From the human T2T-CHM13v2.0 reference genome, Homo sapiens, in assembly GCF_009914755.1 (NCBI RefSeq), contig NC_060937.1: a stretch of 64,000 nucleotides of DNA. One strand, given 5' to 3'. Every line of letters starts with the position of its first letter. The first letter of the stretch is position 1. Shown piece by piece: positions 43,447 through 59,127 of this stretch. Made by a program: the position numbers and the translations under genes. The notes under the pieces are model-generated. The model ran no database searches. It saw only the letters and a program-made list of their open reading frames with translations, and was not told where the DNA came from.

Positions 43447-44546
43447 GGAATTTAGCCTGGAATAAGGAACTTTTATTTCCAGCTTAGTGATGCACACAAA
43501 TTTTAAAAATAAAATAAAAATCATGTTTTATGTGACTCATGTTTCTCCTAATGCAAAGAAGACAGGTACTATTAATAAAAATATTTTTAAAATGTAAGGG
43601 CTAAGGCCCCAGAAGTTCTGCTATAATTTTTTATGTTTCATAGAGTGATTATCATCACAGAAGCTCAAGCATTATGTAAATACAAACGCGTATACCCCCA
43701 CCTGGTAATTCTGCTTCTGGAAATTTATCTTCAGGTCCACCCGCACATCTACAAATTGATGCATATTCAATATTATGTACTGCAGCACTGTTTATAAGAG
43801 CAAAAGACTGGAAACAGCCTAAATTTCCATCTACAAAAGACTAAATAAATTAAGGTACATCCCTAAAATGGAATATTATGTGGCTGTTAAAAAGAGAGAG
43901 AGAGAGAAAGAGAGAAAAGCAAGAAAAAGAGAAAACTTTCTACATTCAAACTAATAGTAGAAAACTCTCCAAGATACAATTTTAAGGAAAAAAAAAATCA
44001 AAGTCGAGAAGACTATAGAGGAGGTTGCCTTTAGTGTAAAACAGTTGAAAATTATAAATATATTCATATGTTTATAAAGAAATTTTAGGAGGCTATAAAA
44101 AAACAAAGGGAAAGAGGAACAGGAGCTGGGACACAGGTGAGTAAGATGTATGGTAGGCATATGTCTTCATCTTCATATGCTTTTATTTAAAAATGTTGGA
44201 CCACGTGTACATGTTATCTATTTAAAAAATTAGATTTTAAAATACAAGCAAGAAAACAAGAAAATGAAAGCTTAAAAAGAGCATGTGGAACTACCAGAAA
44301 AAGATACTAATCCATGGAGATAATGGCAAGGTAGCTCCTAGATGCACTGATTTCTCTACCACATTGTATAAACAAGCCAGCAACTATGGGATTTATAATT
44401 TAAAATGAGTCTATTTGAAACACCACATTATAAAAAGCTATTAACTAAATCTTTAAAGTGACAGTAAATGATGACTTAACATTTTAAAGAGATACAGTCA
44501 CATCGCATGTGTGAATGCAGTCATCTGTATAAAATGTCATCAATAC

Positions 44547-44650
44547 CTTGATCATTTCTTCTTCTCCTGCTGTTTTACTTTTTGCTTCTATGTCCCCTGC
44601 TTCATTACATCTAATAAAGCAGCTATTTGAGGCCAACAAAGCCATTTTCC
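44547..44650 (-). pseudogene. FRG1: FRG1-like exon 6 (104 nt)
   Basis: GG+[34 protein letters not shown]; one G short of the Gly codon needed after phase-0 exon 5. Confidence 0.92.
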
Positions 44651-46901
44651 CTAAGTGAAACAAAATAACAAAATAGCCATGAGGATACTTCTTGTGGAAG
44701 AAACATTAAGTGTTTAGATTGAATTAATTTTTCCTCCCTGCTTTAAAAATTGCAGAAAAGAACTTAGAGAAAAACCTGAAAAATATAATACAAGAACATA
44801 TAGAAAGGGAAACCAAAATCACCTTTCATTTTACTATTCAAAGATTACCACAATAAACATTTGTAGTGTATCTTCCTAGTAGGACTAAAGTAGGATTGCT
44901 TCCTTTCTAAAAGATCTACTGAAGATAAAACTGATTTAGTTCTGCTTGGAAAATTAACTTTAAAGACAAGAACATAATTATGAATGCATACTTTATTCAA
45001 ATATTAACATTTTAAGTAAAATTTATTTTCTTCACAATTAGAAAACATGAAAAGGTATATACAATGCCTTTGGTGTTTTGAATTTAAGAATCAATGTCTG
45101 AGGGACTTTTTTGTGTGAAAGTAAATATTCATATACATTTTTAATTGTTTAATATTTGATGTATTACACTGGTTTCTATTAAACAAAACTTTAAAAACTG
45201 ATTTTCTTGTGTATCTAAATCTGGGTTATAAATTTGGTTAGCTTAATTCCCGTAACAAATATAACATTTATTTATAACTGTATTTGGTTGATTCTTTTGG
45301 AAAACTTGTTATACCATAACATTTAGACAAAATATTTATAAATACAATGATTACAAAATATGTTAACCTTATATCACATCCAGTTAAAAACGTGCTGATA
45401 ACATGGATTTAATTTCTCAGTCAAGTCACAAGGGCTGGGTGGTCTCTCATCTGGATGGCTCCTGGTGAGCTCTGGAACACGGTGGTGTGGCCCAAGGCGA
45501 TTTAAACCTGTGTCACAGATTATTCAGCTGAGTCCTTTTTGAAATAGAGTTTTAAGACCTTCTTTCATTTAAATTTAAATTTTTGAAACTTAGCGTCCTT
45601 CCTAAAAATAAAATAAAATGAACTTTCCTAAAGTGTTGTATTATTAGTACTATCTAAGTCATCATTCTGGCCTTATGAGATATTGGCATTTTCTACTGGT
45701 GTAACTTTTATTAGAAGCATCTCATCATAATAAGTAGGATCATCTCAAAGGGGTTGCAACACATTAGCAGGTAATGAAATCAATGTAGTGTTTCCTGAAC
45801 GGTATTGGGTGGGTGGGGGGGAAAAGGAATACACACAGACACACAGAGAAAGGGGTAAAAGAGAATAAGAAATATCAAGGTGCATAACACATGGATAAGT
45901 AAGTATTGTTAAGTACAACTCTTGCTTCAGTTATACATATGTGTGTGCTGGGCTGCAATGTGAAAATGCATTTGTCAATGGATTGGGTCAAAATAGTTTT
46001 CAAGTCACCGACTTAAGACTTTATTCTAGGGGATGAGGAAATTAGTCTAAGTGATTACCACTTTCTGGTGGGAAGTTTGTTTAATCTGTCATCTTAGAAA
46101 ACACTGCTGAGTACCTATTTTCAGTTCATTATTGTATACTACCAAAGCTGCTACTCAAAGGCTGAACTTATCTTCTATTTGCTTGTTCTGCGTGGTGCCC
46201 ACTGGTCCTTACTCTTTTTGATATAGTTATCTACTTTTTAAAGACAGTTTAGCACTCACATATTTTTGTTCAATCTTTCCTTCTCACACAAACAGAAAAA
46301 GGAAATTATGTATTCTGTATCAACAAAGATTTAACCAAACATCCATATACTACAACTGTTTACTTACTAAAATTAAGAATTAGTATATTATCTTTTTTCT
46401 TCTAATATTAAAACTATCTTTTCATACACTATTTTAAGCTTATGAACTGAAAGTCTTTTAGAGATAATTTACTTCAATGAACCATTATTATTTATATTTT
46501 ATATGCAAATTGTCACAACTTGGTCTTAGCTAGCTCCACTGTTTGCTTACAGTCTGTAATGTTTCTGAAATCATCCATGATTTCTGCTACAAAGAAGATA
46601 CTTAGGAACTATTCTGTTTTCCTACTCTGTGACCTAAAATTGACTGGTTCTTCAATGGAAATGAGATCCATATCTAGGCACTAAGGGTATAGAGAAATAA
46701 TTGTGGGCAAAAGTACTAATGCTATTTTTGTTGCACTACATTTTGAGATCTCTTTAAGGCTCTATGTTCTTAGTGGTTTATTCCAATTTAATGTATTATA
46801 CTATTGCATCCTACTTTTTCTTTTTAAATATATTATGATTGACTGTTACAGACTTTCTATTAAACTGACAGGAAGTTTTTATAAACAAAAACAGCACTTA
46901 C

Positions 46902-47016
46902 ATTTTGAAAGACTGGTTCCCATTGTTCTCTTGGTCCAATTGCATCTGAACGCCCAACAACAAGTTCATCTGAATTTATACCAAGATATTTTCCATAGCC
47001 AGATTTCAGGGCAATG
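46902..47016 (-). pseudogene. FRG1: FRG1-like exon 5 (115 nt)
   Basis: [38 protein letters not shown]; ag/gtaagt. Confidence 0.93.
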
Positions 47017-47157
47017 CTGTACATTAATAAGATAGATAAAAGTTAAAAACTGAGAGAAAATTAATTATAGGACATCAAAACAGGACATGTGTATGTGTGT
47101 AGGTGTGTACATATCTAAAGTTTCAGACTGGACATATTCCAAGAGTTCAAAAGATGC

Positions 47158-47458
47158 ATGTGGCTGAGAGGTAACTCACTCCTGTAATCTCTGTGCTTTG
47201 GAAAGGCAATGGGAGAATTGCTTGAGGCAAGAAGTTCAAGATCAGCCTGGACAACATAGTGAGACCCCATCTTTACAAAAAATTTAAAAAGTTAGCTGGG
47301 CATGGTGGTGTGCACATGTAATACCAGCTACTTGGGAGACTGATGCAGGAGGAGTGCTTGAGCCCAGAAATTTGAGGTTATAATGAGCTATGATCACACC
47401 ACTGCCCTCCAGCCTGGGTGACAGATTGAGACTCTGTGCCTCAAAAAAAAAAAAAAAA
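47158..47458 (+). mobile_element. Alu (J-like)
   Basis: Diverged dimer with poly(A). Confidence 0.9.
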
Positions 47459-48810
47459 TCTACATGTGACTAGTTGTTGCCATATTGGACTGTACAGTTT
47501 TAAATTTAGTTTTATATTTTGCTTTTTTAATAAAAACATTGTACCTTTATTACATAACAAATATTTTCAAAATTCATCATTCTTCAATTATACCTCTTTA
47601 GTTATAAATTTCAATATTAAATTACTAAAACTTTATGTCATCAAACTGTTTTCCAGAAAATGTTGCTTCCATTTACATTCTTACCTCAAATTAACAGAGT
47701 ATGTTTTGTATCATGGATTTTTTTTTAAACATTATGACTCTAAAAAAATACTTGAAAACCTGATATGGAAAAAAACAGTATCCTATTATTAATTTGCATT
47801 TTAGTAGTTAACTAGAATAACAATTGTTTTTCTTTTCCTTTCCTTTTTAGTTTTTAGATTATCTGATAATGTCCCTTGTCCATTTTTCTATTCAGATCTG
47901 ATTGTTCGCAATTTTTCTACTGGGGTCTTCAGTGCTATGAATTTTATACAAGATACATATGAAGAGTAAGAACTCACTGCCTATTAAGATTGTTGCAAAT
48001 ATTTTCCTCATTTGTCAGTTAATTTTCTTTATAATCCTTTTTTGTTTATAATTGTAAAGCAGTTTAAAACTATTGAATTTTTCTTCCTCTGCTTTTATTC
48101 TGTCTTTCACCCTACTTATCAGACTTTCAAGGAAAGTATAGAAATAATCATCTTAATGTGATTTTTTAAAATTATGATTTCTTTTACCTTACCAAGAATC
48201 TCCTCGGATGCCAGAATTGACTTTTACTCCTTTATACATTAATGATTATATAACAGAAATCATTATCATGTTGATGTAACCAATTACTAAAATATGTAAA
48301 TTCACTTTCATTATCTTTTACCCAAAGAATCATTCTATACTTCTGCACAAGGTAAGAATAAAAAAGGCTACTTTATAAAATGACTGTAAAAATAGTGAGT
48401 AAAAATATTCTTTTGGTCGTTATGATGCTGTAACATTCTCTGCTGGTTTCAACAATATTAATTTTTTTTTAGTCTTCCTTTTTGTCTTTAGACTTCCAAA
48501 CAGTGAGTTTAAATATCATAGCAACAGTGAACCAGGTTTTGTACAAATTGATTTATTTTTTAATCTATCTTATTTGGTGTGTGAAATTATTTATCTTCAT
48601 TTTTTAACTTATATATCTTTTTTCCAGCCTAGCATTATACATTGATAGGAAATCCACTAAAAGTAGATCACAAAATCTACTTTTCAAAAAAGCTATTTCA
48701 TTTTTTATATCAAAATTACCATAGGCTTAAGATAGATACTAAAGTTTTTAATGAATACAATTAAATTTTTAAAATAACTGGTTACTAATTATATTACAAT
48801 ATAAGTTCAC

Positions 48811-48868
48811 CTGGAATCAGATAATTTGACAGCCATAAACTGCTCTGGAGGACTAGGGCCCTCATCAA
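48811..48868 (-). pseudogene. FRG1: FRG1-like exon 4 (58 nt)
   Basis: DEGPSPPEQFMAVKLSDS; ag/gt intact. Confidence 0.93.
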
Positions 48869-49648
48869 CTATTGGAGAAAAAACATTTGAAAATAAATTT
48901 GACATTTGCTATAAATATAAAGATATTATTTTGCTTTAAAAAATGTGGCTATTTTCTTCTTCAATTAAATGTAAGAATATTCAGATATACTGATGTCACT
49001 GCAATACTGTATCTTTGGAATCAAGATCTATTTTACCTTCTTTTAGCTACAGTGTTAATTTTATACACTGAGTAAGACAGGGTGATATAATGCTTATTTA
49101 ATAACTTTCGAGATAGCTTCTCTTTATGTTTTAAAATACAGTCATAAATAAGCACTTATTTAAAAAAGCTAAATGCTTTCATTTATTCAATGGATGGCCT
49201 TGCTGATGAAATGATACTGCTTTTTATCTTCTAATTACTTCGTATCTCATTAGTGTTTCCTCTAATGGGCTAAAGAAAATGAGGAAACTTCAAATTGTTA
49301 AATTCACCCAGGTTAGTTTTGGTAATAGGTCTGAATAAAAAAGAAATTCAAATATGTTTGACTCAAATAGGTTTTCTTTTTTCTTTTCACTTACTATTTT
49401 AATTATTCATATTGTTTTGATTTCCAAAGATACTCTTCTGGAACTATATGGAATGTTTTCAAATGCTTATATTAGAAAGAGGGACTTGCCAATGGCTGGT
49501 AAATATTAAGGAATTAAAAAAATGGAAGAGTCTAATGCAATGGTTCCATTCCTTTGGAAAATGTTTGAGACTAGTTAGAGTTTGGCCTAAGTGAATGAAT
49601 GTCCTAAAATCTACACTTGTGGCAGGATCTTCCCTTCCAGACACAAAC

Positions 49649-49771
49649 CTTTGTGTGGAGCTCCCAGGGTAAAAAGACCATTGTTGAGTGCATGTATATA
49701 GGTTCCCTCATCCATTTCAGTGGCAATGGTTCCTGAAATTTCACCAAAGTTTGTTACTGTTCACCAGATTC
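49649..49771 (-). pseudogene. FRG1: FRG1-like exon 3 (123 nt, premature stop)
   Basis: [39 protein letters not shown]; TGA at 49761-49763. Confidence 0.93.
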
Positions 49772-50102
49772 CTAAAAAATAAAAATGATATTTCAATTTT
49801 ATATTTTAGTTTTGACACAGAGTTCTTTGTTATTATAACTTAGTTTTAAAAACCTTTTATTTTGCAGTCATAAGAAATACTACGAAGATCTCACATATCT
49901 TTTACTCACTTTGTCTCAATGATAACATCTTGCATAAGTATCATACATTGTTAGAATAAGGAAACTGACATTGATATAATCCATGAAGCTTATTCAGATT
50001 TCACCAGTTTTACATGTACTTGTTTGCATGTATGTGCACAGATTCCTGCGACTACCAGCACAGTCAGGATTAGGTTTTTAAAATACACAATAGCAACATA
50101 CA

Positions 50103-50270
50103 GCCAGGCATGGGGGTGCATGCCTGTAATCCCAGCTACTCAGGGAGCTGTGAAAGAGGATCACTTGAGCCCAGGAGTTCAAGGTTATAGTGAGCTATGA
50201 TCACGCCACTGTACTCTAGCCTGAGTGACAGAACAAGGTCCTGTCTCAAAAAAAGACCAAAACAAAACAA
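50103..50270 (+). mobile_element. Alu monomer
   Basis: Single right-arm-like Alu with A-rich tail. Confidence 0.85.
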
Positions 50271-50419
50271 AAGGCAACATGTGAGGGTACAAAGTGATAT
50301 ATGGAGAACTGTCTCTCTTCTGATAGACCCCAGCCATCTATTCATGCCTGCTTTCCAGAGGCAATGCCTATCATAATGCTTCTTAAAAATGCCTCTACAG
50401 GAAGACTTTCTAGCATAGT

Positions 50420-50421
<2 letters not shown>

Positions 50422-50455
<34 letters not shown>

Positions 50456-50735
50456 AGATGGAGTCTCGCTCTGTCGCCCAGGCTGGAGTGCAGTGATGTG
50501 ATCTTGGCTCACTGCAACCTCCACTTCCTGGGTTCAAACAATTCTCTGCCTAGCTTCCCGAGTAGCTGGGGTTACAAGAGCCTGCCACCATGCCCGAATA
50601 ATTTTTTTTGTATTTTTAGTAGAGATGGGGTTTCACCACATTGGCCAGGCTGGTCTTGAACTCCTGACCTCGTGGTCCACCCGCCTCTGCCTCCCAAAGT
50701 GCTGGGATTACAGGTTTGAGCCACCGCTCCCAGCC
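50422..50735 (-). mobile_element. Alu (S-like)
   Basis: Long poly(T) followed by a reverse dimer. Confidence 0.95.
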
Positions 50736-51371
50736 AGTAATCTTAACTATGATTTTAGATTCAAAGCAAAATGAGCAGAATCTATGTCTATGTATACTAA
50801 TGTCCAATTTGCCAATAGAAATGTTAGAGTCTAGAAACCATTATTTTAGCAGTTGTTATAAAAGTTTATATCTTAATGTTAAAAAATATCCTCAAAACTC
50901 TTCCTAAATTGTACTTTAACTAGAGTAGAAATGAGTCAATCATTAAATGGATATTACATATTAAGGAATTCTTGTTAATTTTACAAGGTCTGATAATGAC
51001 ATAGTATAATATATAAAAGTAAAGAACAAAACAGGTGATGAGAGAAAGACATACCACGTTAAGAAATGTACATTTATGTACTTGTGGGTAAAATGATGTA
51101 ATATCTGTGATTTTACTTAAAATTTTCTAGGAAAAAAGTGTGTGGGGGTATGTATGTAAATGAAACGAGATTGGCAAAATATTGATAATTAATACTGGGG
51201 CCTGGGCACATGGGGGACTCATTATATTCTTCTATGTATGGATTGGTTTGCATATTTCCATAATAAAAAGGTTTTAAAGATTCAGTTTATTCCACTGCAC
51301 AAAACTTTCTATTCAACTAAACATTTCATGCTTTTCATAGTCAATTTTAAAATACATAAAATTTTAGCTAA

Positions 51372-52040
51372 AATGAAGTTGGACCCTTATCTAACACAAA
51401 ATACAAAAAGTAACTTAAAATAGACAAAAGACCTAAATGTAAGAGCTAAAGTTAGAAAACTTTTAGAAGAAAATGGGAAAAGCTTCACGACAATGAATTT
51501 GGCAATGATTTCTTATATAGAACATCAAAGGCACAGGCAACAAAAGAAAACGTAGACAAACTGGACTTCATCAGAATTAAAAATTTTGTGCATTAAGAAC
51601 CACTGTCAACAGAGTAAAAGGCAACCCAGGGAATGCAGAAAATATTTGTAAACTACAAACATTATAAGGAATTAATATCCAGACTATATAGAGAACTCCA
51701 GAAAGACAAATACCACAATTCAAAACTGGGCAAAGGATATATACGGACATTGCTCCAAAGATGATATTCAAATGGCCAATAAGCACTGGAAAAGACGCTC
51801 AACATCACTAGTCAGTAGGGAAATATAAATCAAAACCATAATGCAATACCACTTCACACCCATTAGAATGCTATTATCAAAACAAACAAAAAACAGAAAC
51901 CAAGAAAACCAGAAAAACAAATGTTGGGCAGAATGTGGTAAACTGAAACCCTGTGCAATGCTGGTGGGAAGGTAAAATGGTGCATGTATTTAAATGCCAC
52001 TGAAGTGTACACGTAAAAATAGAAAAACTGGCAAATTCAA
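51372..52040 (+). mobile_element. Old L1M ORF2 3' fragment
   Basis: aatgaagttggacccttatct...aatggccaataagcac...cttcacacccattagaatg. Confidence 0.8.
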
Positions 52041-52954
52041 TATTCTGTATATTTTACCTCCACACACACACGAAACCAATGGAGAAAAAGAAAATTAATC
52101 AAAATTAAAATTTCAGCTCAAGACGATTAGAAAGCAAGAAAACTAATGACAATTTAGATGATTGAGTTATAGCTACAATTGTTTTCAGTAAAAGAAATAA
52201 TGCTTTATTCAGAATCATTATGAACAGTGTTATGATTAGCAAGTCTTTCCTATAAATGTAATAGTTAATAATTTTAAATTAGTTTTATTTTGTATGTTCT
52301 ATGCCACGTTCACCAAGTACACTTAATATTAAATAAAATCATTTAAATATAATATCTCATTAATGTTTTTCAAATGAAGAAGAAATTTCTGGCAGACAAG
52401 CTCCTCAAAATTTTCACCCTCTGTCCAAGTAGGGAAATGATACAATAACATTACTTATAATATTGTCAACTGAAAAAGAAATTACTTTGAGCAGATGCCA
52501 GTATTTTTTCTCAATGGGATTTCAAAGAATAAGAAACCTAAACACAGTATCATCAAGAATTACATGTGAGCATTCTGCCTACTTTCTGCAAGTGGCCTAC
52601 ATTCAACCTTTGGAGGTATGCTTATACGATTAACGACTAAAGTAACATAACATGATACTTAACGATGCCACTTGGGGATTTTAGCTGTGAAAAAGCAGTG
52701 GATCCTAAGAACAGTGGGCACTGAAGTTGCCTGTCTCTATGTCAGGTGACAGCTCCAGCTGTGTATATGCTGCAGACACGCAAGCTGAATTTAAGAGAAT
52801 CCGCTCTAAAACATTACTTGCTATTTAGACATATGCTTAAAGTTATTTCCTTTTAAACCTTAGGCAGATGGTGAAATATTCCCACTGGGTTGTCTCACAA
52901 TGCATAACAAAGCTTTTCACATATTTTCACATAGTTGAGAATGTTTCCATATGT

Positions 52955-53240
52955 CTGGCATGTTTGTAATCCAGCACTTTGAGAGGTGGAAGCAGGAGAA
53001 TCACTTAAGCCCAGGAGTTCAAAATCAGCCTAGGCAACAAAAGGAGACCCCCATCTCTACAAAAATATTAAGAAATTAGCTGGGTATGGTGGTACAAGCC
53101 TGTGGTCCCAGCTACTCGGGAGTCTGAGGTGAGAGGATTGCTTGAGCCTATGAGGTCGAGGGTGAACTGAACCACGATCATGTCACTGAACTCCAGCCTG
53201 AGCAACAAAGCAAGAGCCTGTCTCAAAAAAAAAAAAAAAA
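52955..53240 (+). mobile_element. Alu (J-like)
   Basis: Dimer with poly(A). Confidence 0.9.
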
Positions 53241-54784
53241 GTCCCGATGCACCAGTGTCATGGCTGATAAGATACTCCCAGGACACCCTCATTCTAGCAT
53301 CAAGGCTGTGTGACAGCTCACCTCACCTTCTGACTAACCCAGTGCTTCTGTGCTAAGGGCCCCCTTAAAACTTTACCTTCATTATGTTCTTGGCACAAAG
53401 GAATGATATATCTTAGATTTGGAAATGGAATTTTCTTCCCCAATCTTACTGTAGTCTAAGTACCCTTCACAGACCTTCTATTAACCCATAGCTTACTTAG
53501 CTTTAGTTCCTGGGTAAATCAAATCTGTGTTTTGCAAACTGTGATGTTGTAAGTTCAATTGCTTCTGAATCTAGCAGAGCTCAGTGAAACTCTTTGCTTA
53601 CAGACATGCTCATTTTTATTAATGTCACACATGGTATTCTCCATGTTAGAGACAGAATTTCTTTCATCCTATTTACCAATCCCTTCAGATCCTTGTGAAG
53701 AACCAACAGAACAGCTTTAAAAAATTAAAAGGTTTTTTTCTTTCCCTTCACAAATAGGCACATGCTTACTTATACAGCAAGTTTAGAAAATCCACAATGC
53801 AAAAGAAGGTGGAAGGACAAAGAGAAAAAGGTGCAGAAGGACTTCCTCTTCCAGCCAAGATGGACTTGCCCTCCCACAATGACCAATGAGAAAACTGAAA
53901 CTGGATAGAATATTAGAGAGAACTGTTTCCAGGGATTGGAACACAGGCAGAACAGGACTGTGATATTTGAGAACAGGAAAACACAGGAGGCAAATCTCAC
54001 ACATACTTCTGTTTTCTGCCCAATGGCAGTTTCTTGACCATGCAGAGAGAGGTAGAAACGTCCAAAAATGAGGCAATGCCACTTTCTCTAAGCTGAGAGT
54101 CTTGCAGTGCTAAGGTGTTTGGAGTTTATAGAATAAGGTACTGGAGAAGAGGGAACTACATACAGGTGAGGTCTCAAAAGAGTATGCAAAAGTTCTCTGC
54201 AGGTCTGGGGCCAAGGGCTGGGGGGAGTGCATAGAGCAGGCAGGCTCCACAAGGCCTCTGCAGAGTGGCTGGCACTTCTGAGGGCTGACTGGAGATGCCA
54301 GAGATCACACAAATTTGGGACATAGCAGAGTGGAGAGAACTCACAAAGTATACCTAGAACATGTGGCTGAGGGCCATGAGGATGAATCTTTCCTAGAGTA
54401 AGAGTCACTGTCTAAGTCTACAGGCAAAAATCTAATAAATAAGCACAAACTAACAAAAGCCCAGGTTTGACAGGAGAAAAAGGGTGGTCAAATAATTTAA
54501 CTAGGCATCAAGACATTTAACAGAAATAAAGGTTAAAATGTTATGAAAATGAAAGACTGAATTTATAAGGAAGACTTAACAATCCTAAATGTGTACACAT
54601 GACAGCTTCAAAATACTTTAAGCAAAAACTGCTCAAGTAGACAGATCTAGAATTACAGCTGGAGATTTTAACATAACTCTCAATACATTGTATGATGAGT
54701 AAAAAATCAGTAAGGACACAGAAGATGTGCATAGTCACAAGCTCCACCAGTTGATCTAATTGACATCTGAAGAACACTGAACCA

Positions 54785-55183
<399 letters not shown>

Positions 55184-55502
55184 TTAAAAATCAGCAACAA
55201 TAACATACCTATAATATCTCTATGTAGTAGAAGTTAAAAACAATACACTTTTAAATAACTCAAATGTCCATGAAAAGAAAAATCACAAGGAAAACTAGAT
55301 GATATTTTGAATGGAATGAAAATGAAAGCAAAATGTGTTGACTATAACTAAAACTAACATGGAATGAAGATATCTAACTGCTTTCTTAAGAAGCAATAAA
55401 ACAAGAGCAAAGTAAACTGAAAATAAGTTAAAGGGAGGAAAAAAAAGACTGAAAATAAATGAAATAAAAAATGAAAAAAAGACAAAATAAGTAATACTGA
55501 AA

Positions 55503-55711
55503 CAGGCTTGTCCAACCTGAGGGCTGCATGTGGCCCAGGCCAGCTTTGAATGCAGCCCAACACTAATTCATAAACTTTCTTGAAACATTATGAGATTTTT
55601 TTTCCTTTTTTTTGGCTCATCAGCTTATCATTAGTGTATTCTATGTGTGGCCCAAGACAATTCTTCTCCTTCCATTGTGGCCCAGGGAAGCTAAAAGATT
55701 GAATACCCCTG
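55503..55711 (-). mobile_element. MER30 (hAT-Charlie MITE)
   Basis: caggcttgtccaacc...gtggcccaagacaattcttc...gtggcccagggaagctaaaagattgaatacccctg. Confidence 0.85.
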
Positions 55712-57523
55712 TATTAAAAGATCATTAATGATCTAAAATAAGTGATCTTATAAAGAATTGATAAACCTCCAGCTAGACTGACTGATCCAGGAAAAAATAG
55801 AAAAAACACAAATTACCAATATGAAGAGACTGCAATACAGATTAGATTATAAGACATTAAAAGGATATTAAAGGAATATTCTGAACAATTTTATGCCAAT
55901 AAATCCAACAACTTGGATGAAATGAAATTTTCCTAAAAGACACAAATTACCAAAACTGACAACAGAAAAATCTGAAAATATCTCTTAAAAAAATCTTAAT
56001 TCTCCCACAAAAAACTAAAACCAAACCAAATAAAACCCTCTAGGTTCAGATGACTTCACTGGTAAATCCTATCAAACATGTAAAGAAGAAATCATACCGA
56101 TCTTACACAGCTATTTCCAAAAACAGGGAAGGAGACAGCACTTCCCATCTAATTTTATGACACCAAATATCACCTTGACACCAAAATCAAATAAAGTCAT
56201 TACAAGAAAAGGATACAAAAGTCCAATATCTCCCATCAACACCAATATAGAAATCTTAAAAACAAACAAACAAACAAACACCTAGAAATCAACTCTAGCA
56301 ATATCCCTAAGGACAACGCACCACAACCAAGTGGGGTTTATCTCAGGGATGTAAAGTTAGTTTAAAAGTTGAAAATGAAACCAGTGTAATTCATTGGTAG
56401 AATGAAGAAAGTTGTATAATCATCTCAACAGATACAGAAAGAGGCATTTGACAGCATTAAACATCGTTATGATAAAAATTCCCAAGAAACAAAGTTTAAA
56501 AGGAATGTCCTCATTTTGATAAAGGTTTTCTCTGCAGATCCTACAGACATCATACCATACGGTGGACTACTGAAAGCTTTCTGCCTAAGCTTGGGAACCA
56601 TGCAATTATGCCCATTCTCGTGACTTCTGTTCAACACTATGGAAGTCCTGGACAGTATAATAAACCAATAAAAAGCAAGACAAGACATAAGGATTAGAAA
56701 GTAAGAAGTAAAAGGATAGTCAGAGGAAACGTAATTGCAAATTTCTTAGTTTTCTATATAAACAAACCACTAGAAGTAATAAGTGAAACAGACTTATCAG
56801 ACTACAAAGTCACTATACAAAAATCAATTGTGTATCTACATACTGAGAGCAAACAACTGGAAAATCAAATTCAAAAGTTCTACTGACAGTAGTGTAAAAT
56901 TATAAAATACTTAAGAATAAATTTTTAAACAGGCATGCAAGACTGCTACATTGAAAATTATTAAATATTGAGGCCGAATATTAAGATGTTGATTCTCCCC
57001 CAAAATAATCTGGACTCAATACAATTCTCCGAGAAAATCCAGCAGGCTTCACTGTAGAAATTAATAAACTAATAGTAAGTACAAAGTTGGAGGACACACA
57101 CTATCTGATATCAAGACTTCATGAAATTATAGCAATCAAGATACATATACCAATAGAAAAACAGACAATCGATAGAACAGAGTCCAGAAATAGACCAATA
57201 CATAGAAATTTAATTGATTTTTTATGAAGATACGAAAATGGATTAATGCAAAAAGGGAACACCAGTGGTGCTGGCACAAATGGCTATCAAGATGTTAAAA
57301 AAAAAAAAAAAGTAAATCTTGAAACCAAACTCACACCATGCGAAAAATTAATTTGAGATTAATGACAGATTTAATGTAAAAACTAAAACTATGAGGCCTC
57401 TAAAAGACAATGTAGAATATTTTCCTGACTTTGAGGTAAGCAAAGATGTCTTAGATCAAAGAGATAAGGTAGTAACCATAAAATAAAAAAAATAAAATAA
57501 GCTTTATAAAAATTAAAAGCTTC

Positions 57524-57802
<279 letters not shown>

Positions 57803-58684
57803 TCAGACTGGCAGAAAAGACTGATAACTCCATCGACTCTTGGCAAAGATGTAACTGGAGAACTAATTCATTGTTGGTGGGAGGGTAAAATGGCACAACC
57901 ACTTTAGAAAACTTTTGGCAGTTTCTTATATAGTTAAACATTCACCTATCCTTTGATACAGCAATTCCACATCTACATATCTACCCTAGATATTTATGCT
58001 AATTTTAGAATTATTGATTTGCCATTTCAAAAGTAATGATTCTTCCAGAATATTAGCTTTATACCATTCCATATTTTATATATTTTTTAAGCTACTATAA
58101 ATTATGAAGATTCAAAATGCAATTTGCCAAGTTTTAAAAGAGAAAAAAAAGTACGGAAATAACTAAGTGGAAAACAGGCTGGTTAAGTGTGTTTGGGTCA
58201 GTTTATTTCTAGTATCATTTACAGGCTACCCTGATATTGTATTTAAAATTTTCATTCATTTCAGAGTTCACAAAATAATGATTTTTCCTGTGAAGATACT
58301 TCGTTTAAGAGACAACTGACTTCTACAACTAAAATGTATACATGTTCAAAGAAAATAACTTGTAAAATATATTTGGTTGAATAACATTTTCATTAAGCCT
58401 TTAAAATTATGTATCAGAATATCTGGCTATTAAGCAGTCTAATGGTGCCTACTAAGTCAGAGAGTTGTAACTCTTCTCTCCTGTGCTCTGTTCTGATAAT
58501 GAAGTAAAGGCATCAGTAGCATCTACTGTGCTAAAGAATAAATGGAATTTACACCTGTAGGTAATATTTAAGCACTTTAAGACAAATATGAATACATCAT
58601 AAATTTCTAACTAGGAAAATATTTTCAATGAGATCTCAAGAAATGTTAACTTTTTTCAGAATAAAGCACTGAAAACTGACTCAC

Positions 58685-58754
58685 CAACATATCAAACTGG
58701 GTTTCTTCATCTTCTTCTCTTTTTCTCTTCTTATCTTTCCTCTTTTTCTTCTTA
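58685..58754 (-). pseudogene. FRG1: FRG1-like exon 2 (70 nt, frameshift)
   Basis: KKKKRKDKKRKREEDEETQFD, then GATATGTTG versus recalled GATATTGTTG; ag/gtgagt intact. Confidence 0.93.
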
Positions 58755-59127
58755 CTACAGGACATTATTTATACAGATGAGTTTAGGTATATTGATTTGT
58801 GTGATAAATAAATATCGTAAGATTGAAACTTGGAAGTCTTTTAAGCTGTTTCATTTATAAATTATTGATTTAGGAAGACTTACATTGCTATGCCCTCTTA
58901 AATACAATACTGAGAAGTTGCTTCAGGCTTTGTACATATTATGTTAAAGTTCAAAGCAGATTGTAGAGCCACACTGCCACATTTTAAATCTTGATTCTGT
59001 CACTTCTTAGCTCTGTGATTTTTGGAAAAGGTACTGAACCTCTCTGGCAGTCAGTTTCCCCACTTAAAAAATTAGGATAATAACTTAACTCTTAAGGCTA
59101 TTGTGAGGATTAAGAGGTAATATGTAT